Shown in pieces: positions 7,307-12,871 of a stretch of 12,871 nt of DNA. Numbering within the stretch: the first letter of the stretch is position 1; every line of letters starts with the position of its first letter. The DNA lies in assembly GCA_965371515.1 (NCBI GenBank), contig CBDUYR010000065.1, positions 1 to 12,871 of the forward strand. The letters are read 5' to 3'. A program made the translations under genes and the position numbers. The notes beneath the pieces are model-generated. The model made no database searches. It was not told where the DNA came from and saw nothing but the letters and a program-made list of their open reading frames with translations. This stretch comes from an uncultured bacterium (GTDB taxonomy: Bacteria; Krumholzibacteriota; Krumholzibacteriia; Krumholzibacteriales; Krumholzibacteriaceae).

Positions 7307-8560
7307 ATGAACCTGAAAGTATCGATCCTCATCATGGCCTGTCTCGTCCTGACGCCTCATCTGGTGTCCGGCGCCGAGATACGGGTCGGCTTCGAGGATA
7401 TCCCGGGAATGGTGATGTCGGGCAGCCCGTTCGCCCTTATCCTGGACGGGGACCTGAGCCTCGCGAAGGCCGAGAGGGATCTCTCGGTGCGATGGACGAA
7501 TCCCTCACTGGTCTGGGAGATGGAGGAAGCGGGCAACGACGAAGTGACTTCCCGCGAGTGGGTCGTCGCACTCGAAAAGGAATTCGCCATGCCCTGGTCG
7601 TACGCGAAGAAAAGGAGCGGGTCCAACCTCCGTCTTGCATCTTCACGACTCGGCTGGGAGGCCTCCAGGCGGCGGCTCGTCTCACGCATGCGGCATGGGT
7701 ATGTGACGCTTAAACTCCGCGACATCGAGGCGGAGATCCTCGAGGTCTTCGAGGAAATCATAGGCGACGCCTCGCGTGTCATCACGGACAGAAAAGAACA
7801 GGGAACCGTCTCGGGCGTCGAAAAACGGTTGATCGACATGTCTCTCATCGCAGTACGGGCAAGGATGATTAAGACCAGGCTGGAAAGACGCGAGGTCATG
7901 GATGATTGGAAGACGGCTATGGGGATACCGGCCGAAAATTCGGTCATCCTCGTCTCGGAACTCGACCTGACCACCGACTGGCTGTCTTCCGGCCATGTGA
8001 CGGCCGACGGATCGTCCGACATAGAGAGCCGCAGGCTCGCAACGCAGGCTCTCGAGAAAGACATCGGGCTTGAAAAGGGGGACATCTTCCCCTCCCTGAG
8101 TATCGCAGGTGGATACAGGAGCGTCGATGACCAGTTCACCGGATTCGTCGTAGGGCTTTCACTTCCGATCCCTGTCCTCAACCGTAACTCGGGCGGTATC
8201 GACCGGGCCAGGGCCGAGCACAGGAAAGCGCAGGTGGAACTCGATCTGTACGAAACTATCCGGGAAAGACATATATCGAGATTGATGCTTGCCGCCCGGG
8301 ATGAAGCCGACCTGCTGAAGCGGTACCACGGGGACTTCGCGTTCATCGAAGAGCACGTCACCGACCTGGCCCTTTCGTACAAAGAGGGATGGATCGATCT
8401 CGGCGATTTTCTCGAGGGGATACGGACCTATGCCGAAGGGATCGAATCGTATTTCGACATGCTGGAAGATTATAACAACATCGTTTTTGAGCTCGAAAGG
8501 CTGACCGAGCGAGAACTCTACGCGCCGGGGAATGCCCGGAAGAAGGAGACCGGATCATGA
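7307..8560 (+). CDS. TolC-family outer membrane efflux protein (CzcC/CusC-like)
   Basis: Start reassigned from 7247 to the in-frame ATG 7307 (GGAG at 7298-7301, followed by signal peptide MNLKVSILIMACLVLTPHLVSG-A), giving 417 aa. Outer-membrane-factor features: NPSL, FPSLSIAGGY, VGLSLPIPVLNRNSGGI.RA.AE, YKEGWIDLGDFL, ELERLT. Directly precedes adaptor and RND genes. Confidence 0.88.
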   Translation: MNLKVSILIMACLVLTPHLVSGAEIRVGFEDIPGMVMSGSPFALILDGDLSLAKAERDLSVRWTNPSLVWEMEEAGNDEVTSREWVVALEKEFAMPWSYAKKRSGSNLRLASSRLGWEASRRRLVSRMRHGYVTLKLRDIEAEILEVFEEIIGDASRVITDRKEQGTVSGVEKRLIDMSLIAVRARMIKTRLERREVMDDWKTAMGIPAENSVILVSELDLTTDWLSSGHVTADGSSDIESRRLATQALEKDIGLEKGDIFPSLSIAGGYRSVDDQFTGFVVGLSLPIPVLNRNSGGIDRARAEHRKAQVELDLYETIRERHISRLMLAARDEADLLKRYHGDFAFIEEHVTDLALSYKEGWIDLGDFLEGIRTYAEGIESYFDMLEDYNNIVFELERLTERELYAPGNARKKETGS

Positions 8561-10140
8561 ATCTGAAGAGACTGGCCCTGCTGCCGGCGTTCATTCTCAT
8601 ACTCACGTCATGCGCGGCCGAGAAAGGAACCGACGGGCACGAAGGACACGATCACGAGGAGCACGCTATCAGCGTGACGATCTGGGAGAGCGGCATCGAG
8701 CTCTTCACGGAGTTCCATGCGCCTGTGCGCGGGGAAAAGACGGAATTCCTGATTCACCTGACACGCCTGGAGGATTTCAGGCCGGCCGCCGCCGGGAAGG
8801 TCAACGTCGTACTGAGGGACAGCGGCAGGATAGCCGCCTCCGGCTCGGCCGACCATGCCTCGCGGAGCGGCATCTGGATAGTCGAGGTCGATGCTCCCGA
8901 GCCGGGCGACTATGAAGTCGCCGTATCATACAACGGTGCGGGGAGCGCTGTCTTCGAGATGGGAACAGTGACGGCATTCGCGACCGAGGAAGAGGCCGCC
9001 CATGCGGGAGAGGCCGCTTTTACAGAGAACGCAGACCACGAGGGACATGATCATTCCGACGGGCACGGCCACGGCGATGACGTCGAGACAGTCGCGTTCC
9101 TCAAGGAACAGCAGTGGAACACGGAATTTATGATAGAAGAGATCCACAGGGTCAGGATGCGGGCTTCCTTCCCGACTATCGCAGAGGTTGTACCAAGACA
9201 GTCAGGATTCGCCGAAATAGTAGCTCCCGTCGAGGGATACCTGCAGATCCATCACAACCAGGACATGGTCGTGCCGGGCCGGGAGGTCCAGCCCGGCGAT
9301 CGCCTGCTTACTATCTGTCCGCCGCTGGAGGGAACGGGATCGTGGACCGAACGCCGGTTCGCCTATGACAGGGCGAAGAAGGAGTTCGAAAGAGCCGAGC
9401 GGCTGATCGCGCGCGAGGCGATCTCACAGCGGGAGTACGATGAGATCCGCAAGACCTGGCTCGTCGAGAAAACGAGCTTCGAGGCGATCCTGCAGGGAGT
9501 CGAGGCGGAATCTGCAACAGATTCGGAAACGGGCGAGATTCACCTGATCCTGAAATCGCCTGTCGCCGGCATCGTCGCGTCGGTCGATGTCATGCCCGGG
9601 CAGACTGTCGCCGCCGGGCAGAAGCTGATGACGATCGTTGATCCGGCGGTTGTATGGCTCAGGGCCGACATGTTCGAAAAGGACTACTACCGCATGGGCA
9701 TCCCCCGCGGAGCCGAGCTCATGGTACCGGGGATGGACGAGGCGATACGGATCGAGGAGGCCGACCTGAAGCTGCTCAGCAAGGGCGGAGTCTTTGACCG
9801 TGGAAGCATGACTATTCCGGTGATATTCGAGATAGATAATAAAGGAGACCTGCTGAAGATCGGCCAGGTCGTCCAGATGGATATATACACGAGCGAAGAG
9901 ATGTCCGCTGTCGCAGTGCCAGAGAAGAGCATCATCGACGAGGATTACGCACGATACGTATTCGTTCAGCAGGGTGGCGAGAGCTTCGAGAAGAGGGCCA
10001 TCACCACTGGCGCCCGTTCGGGCGGTCTGGTCGAGATCACCGAGGGCCTGCGGGCCGGAGAGCGGGTCGTCACCCGCGGGGCCTACAGCGTCAAGCTCGC
10101 CTCGTCGAAGAGCGAGACAGGCAGTGCGCATGTACACTGA
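8557..10140 (+). CDS. Efflux RND periplasmic adaptor subunit (CzcB/CusB-like membrane fusion protein), lipoprotein with His-rich N-terminal extension
   Basis: 527 aa; ATGA overlap with the tolC stop; lipobox LTS-C. Adaptor motifs IVAPVEG, V.PGDRL, FERAERL...AISQREY, LKSPVAGIV....V.PGQ.V..GQ.L..IVD...VWL, AVPEKSI, VEITEGLRAGERVVTRGA. His clusters GHEGHDHEEH, DHEGHDHSDGHGHG and C-terminal HVH. Confidence 0.92.
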   Translation: MNLKRLALLPAFILILTSCAAEKGTDGHEGHDHEEHAISVTIWESGIELFTEFHAPVRGEKTEFLIHLTRLEDFRPAAAGKVNVVLRDSGRIAASGSADHASRSGIWIVEVDAPEPGDYEVAVSYNGAGSAVFEMGTVTAFATEEEAAHAGEAAFTENADHEGHDHSDGHGHGDDVETVAFLKEQQWNTEFMIEEIHRVRMRASFPTIAEVVPRQSGFAEIVAPVEGYLQIHHNQDMVVPGREVQPGDRLLTICPPLEGTGSWTERRFAYDRAKKEFERAERLIAREAISQREYDEIRKTWLVEKTSFEAILQGVEAESATDSETGEIHLILKSPVAGIVASVDVMPGQTVAAGQKLMTIVDPAVVWLRADMFEKDYYRMGIPRGAELMVPGMDEAIRIEEADLKLLSKGGVFDRGSMTIPVIFEIDNKGDLLKIGQVVQMDIYTSEEMSAVAVPEKSIIDEDYARYVFVQQGGESFEKRAITTGARSGGLVEITEGLRAGERVVTRGAYSVKLASSKSETGSAHVH

Positions 10141-10154
10141 AAAGAGAGTAAAAG

Positions 10155-12871
10155 ATGCTTGATCAACTAATGAGAACAAGCCTGCGAAACAGGCTCGCCG
10201 TCCTTATCGGCGCCGCCGTGCTGCTCGTCGGGGGGGTGATGGTCGCCCTCAGGATGCCGATCGATGTCTTCCCCGACCTGACGGCACCGACAGTCACGAT
10301 TCTCACCGAGGCTCACGGGATGGCCCCCGAAGAGGTCGAGATGCTCGTGACCTTCCCGATAGAAACTGCTGTGAACGGCGCATCCGGGGTGCGAAGGGTA
10401 AGGTCGACTTCGATCCAGGGATTCTCGACCGTCCACGTCGAGTTCAACTGGGGAACCGACATCTACAGGGCAAGGCAGATAGTCAGCGAGAAGCTCCAGA
10501 CCCTCGAGTCGGCGCTGCCCGACGAGGTGGACCGCCCGATAATGGCGCCTGTGACATCACTGATGGGTGAGATCATGGCCGTCGGGTTGACCTCCTATGA
10601 AACGTCATTGATGGACCTTCGGACACTTGCCGATTTCATGATCCGTAAGCGCCTGCTCGCCGTGCCGGGCGTGGCGAGCGTCAAGGTATACGGCGGAGAG
10701 GTGAAGCAGTACCAGGTACTCGTCGATCCGACCCTGCTGCGAAAGTACGGTATCGGATTGAGCGAGGTATACGACGCTGCGGCCGGCTCGAACCTCAACG
10801 CGAGCGGCGGTTTCTTCGTCCACTCGGGCCAGGAATACCTGATCCGCGGCCTCGGAAGGCTGCGGGACGTGGAGGATCTGGAAAAAACGGTTCTGGCGCT
10901 CCGCGAGGGAGTCCCAGTACTGCTGCGAGACGTCGCGCGGATCACCGTCGGATCGGCGACGAAGCTCGGCGAGGCGGCGATCAACAGAGAACGCGGCGTC
11001 ATGATCGTTATAAGCAAGCAGCCCGACGCCAATACACTCGACCTGACAGACAGGATCGACGGGGCGCTCGCAGAGATAGAGGCGGCTCTTCCCGAGGACG
11101 TCGTGGTGCACGCGGAGATCTTCCGCCAGTCCGACTTCATACGACGCGCCGTCGACAACGTGATGCACGCACTCCGCGACGGGGCGGTACTGGTCATCAT
11201 CGTCCTGCTGATATTCCTGGCTAACATCCGCACGACACTGATCTCGGCGATCGCGATACCGCTGTCGCTCGTCGTCGCCGTCCTCATCCTCAAGGTACTG
11301 GGGCAGTCAATAAATACGATGACGCTCGGCGGGATGGCGATCGCCATCGGGGTGCTCGTCGACGACGCGATCATTTACGTCGAAAACGTCTTCCGGCGGA
11401 TACGGCAGAACGATGCTGCCGAGCCCGCCGCGAAGCGTCCGTTCTACGACGTTGTGCTCGCCGCGTCGGCCGAGGTCAGGGCTCCGATAGCAAACGCGAC
11501 ATTCATCATCATAGTCGTCTTCATCCCCCTCTTTTTCCTCGGAGGGATCGAAGGGCGGATGCTCAAGCCGCTCGGCATTGCCTACGTAGTCTCGGTGTTC
11601 GCGTCGCTGCTGGTCGCGGTGACCGTATCACCGGCGCTCAGCTCGATACTGCTGAGGCGCAGAGCGGGCAAAAGCGGCGACAGCCCGGTGATCAGGTGGC
11701 TGAAGAAGATATACCAGCCCATCCTCGAATGGGCGATACATCACGGCCGCACGATCATGGTCGTATCGGCAGTTCTCGTCGTGCTGATCCTTGCCGTCTT
11801 CCCCTTTCTCGGCAGGTCGTTCCTGCCCGAGTTCAACGAGGGGACACTCAACATCAGCGTCGCGACGATACCCGGCACTTCGCTGGAAGAATCGGACAGG
11901 ATCGGCGATATGGCCGACAAACTGCTGCTCGAGGTGCCCGGAGTCGCGTCGGTAGCGCGCCGAACGGGACGCACCGAGCACGACGAGCACTCGCTCGGCT
12001 CCCACGCCCATGAGCTCGAAGTCGTACTCGAGGACGAGCCCTCCAAGGAGGAGATACTCGAGGGGATCAGGACCAGGCTCGAGCTGTTGCCCGGAACGAT
12101 ATTCATAATCGGGCAGCCGATAAGCCACAGGATCGACCACATGCTCTCCGGGACGCGGGCGAACATCGCAGTGAAGATCTTCGGCCCCGACCTTGGCAGG
12201 CTGAGGACACTCGCCGCACGGACCGAAAAACTCATGAGGGAAATCGAGGGAGTCGCCGACCTTTCAGGAGACCAGCAGATCGATATCCCCCAGGTGAGAA
12301 TCCGCGCGAACCGTCCGAAGATGTCGCTCTACGGCCTTACGATGGCCGATATCGACGGCATGATCGACATTGCCTTCCTCGGCACAACTGTGTCGGAGGT
12401 TTACGACGGACAGAACAGTCACGACCTCATCGTGAGGTACGACGAGCCGTTCAGGAAAGATCTCGAGTCTATACGGAGCTCGCTTGTAGATACGCCGACC
12501 GGAGCGCGCGTACCACTCGACATGGTGACCGACATACGTGTAGACAGGGGACCGAACTACATCAGCAGGGAGAACGTACAGCGGAAGATCGTCGTCTCGG
12601 CAAACGCCGAGGGACGCGACATCGGATCGGTCGTTGACGATATCCGCGCGTCCCTCGCAAATTCGCTCGACCTTCCCGAGGGGTACTTCATCCAGATCGG
12701 GGGGCAGTTCGAGAGCGAGCGCGAGGCGTCAAGGATCATCGGGCTGCTGAGCATCCTGTCATTCATCCTGATCGTCGTTGCGCTTTATGCCGAGTTCGGC
12801 AACCTGCGCGACACGGCGCTTGTCCTGGTCAACCTCCCGCTGGCGCTTATCGGCGGTATGCTCGCCGTGAT
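10155..12871 (+). CDS. CusA/CzcA-family heavy-metal efflux RND permease; 3'-truncated by the window edge
   Basis: Not in the ORF track because it has no stop within the window. ATG 10155 gives MLDQLMRTSLRNRLAVL...MPIDVFPDLTAPTVTILTEAHGMAPEEVEMLVTFPIETAVNG; TM4 NTMTLGGMAIAIGVLVDDAIIYVEN; later GIEGRMLKPL, FLPEFNEG and GQPISHRIDHMLSG. Same frame at the window end (VNLPLALIGGMLAV), 905 codons. Confidence 0.95.
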   Translation, partial: MLDQLMRTSLRNRLAVLIGAAVLLVGGVMVALRMPIDVFPDLTAPTVTILTEAHGMAPEEVEMLVTFPIETAVNGASGVRRVRSTSIQGFSTVHVEFNWGTDIYRARQIVSEKLQTLESALPDEVDRPIMAPVTSLMGEIMAVGLTSYETSLMDLRTLADFMIRKRLLAVPGVASVKVYGGEVKQYQVLVDPTLLRKYGIGLSEVYDAAAGSNLNASGGFFVHSGQEYLIRGLGRLRDVEDLEKTVLALREGVPVLLRDVARITVGSATKLGEAAINRERGVMIVISKQPDANTLDLTDRIDGALAEIEAALPEDVVVHAEIFRQSDFIRRAVDNVMHALRDGAVLVIIVLLIFLANIRTTLISAIAIPLSLVVAVLILKVLGQSINTMTLGGMAIAIGVLVDDAIIYVENVFRRIRQNDAAEPAAKRPFYDVVLAASAEVRAPIANATFIIIVVFIPLFFLGGIEGRMLKPLGIAYVVSVFASLLVAVTVSPALSSILLRRRAGKSGDSPVIRWLKKIYQPILEWAIHHGRTIMVVSAVLVVLILAVFPFLGRSFLPEFNEGTLNISVATIPGTSLEESDRIGDMADKLLLEVPGVASVARRTGRTEHDEHSLGSHAHELEVVLEDEPSKEEILEGIRTRLELLPGTIFIIGQPISHRIDHMLSGTRANIAVKIFGPDLGRLRTLAARTEKLMREIEGVADLSGDQQIDIPQVRIRANRPKMSLYGLTMADIDGMIDIAFLGTTVSEVYDGQNSHDLIVRYDEPFRKDLESIRSSLVDTPTGARVPLDMVTDIRVDRGPNYISRENVQRKIVVSANAEGRDIGSVVDDIRASLANSLDLPEGYFIQIGGQFESEREASRIIGLLSILSFILIVVALYAEFGNLRDTALVLVNLPLALIGGMLAV

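Noticed and set aside
6832..7335. 167-aa minus-strand ORF over the His-rich gene
   Set aside because: The + strand ORF has SD, signal peptide, metal-ligand cluster and operon context; the hydrophobic stretch in the antisense ORF is the mirror of His/Asp/Glu codons.
7357..8382. 341-aa Ser/Arg-rich minus-strand ORF
   Set aside because: Antisense shadow of tolC; composition reflects codon bias on the opposite strand.
10167..12766. Several short ORFs suggesting a fragmented or non-coding right end
   Set aside because: All lie within one uninterrupted + strand RND gene that the track omits because it runs off the window; not a pseudogene.
1..12871. CRISPR arrays, tRNA/rRNA genes, IS elements or integrases
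   Set aside because: No regularly spaced nucleotide repeats, RNA-gene signatures or transposase motifs seen; the window is almost fully protein-coding with gaps under 100 nt.

Overview
GC-rich bacterial window; every credible gene is on the + strand. It most likely comes from an FCB-superphylum lineage outside Bacteroidota (inference from a YPNPFN/FlgD-Ig C-terminal domain plus Shine-Dalgarno use). Left to right: (1) the 3' part of a secreted protein with ~54-aa repeats and a T9SS-type-A/FlgD-Ig-like C-terminal domain (open from base 1); (2) two lipoprotein mannosidases, a GH2 beta-mannosidase and a GH92 alpha-mannosidase; (3) a heavy-metal efflux unit with a sigma70-like promoter and overlapping palindrome, a 150-aa exported His/Cys-rich ORF ending in RAPP-LS, then a TolC-family outer-membrane factor, a His-rich periplasmic adaptor and a CusA/CzcA-family RND pump (10155 to window end, absent from the ORF track). 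The best candidate for a little-described system is the 150-aa ORF. It has the layout of a secretion-coupled RAPP ribosome-arrest leader (as in ApdA/ApdP and CruR) with a His-rich metal-binding segment. It is followed by a C-rich/G-poor tract and RNA structures that could occlude the tolC start, suggesting metal-sensing attenuation of an efflux operon.
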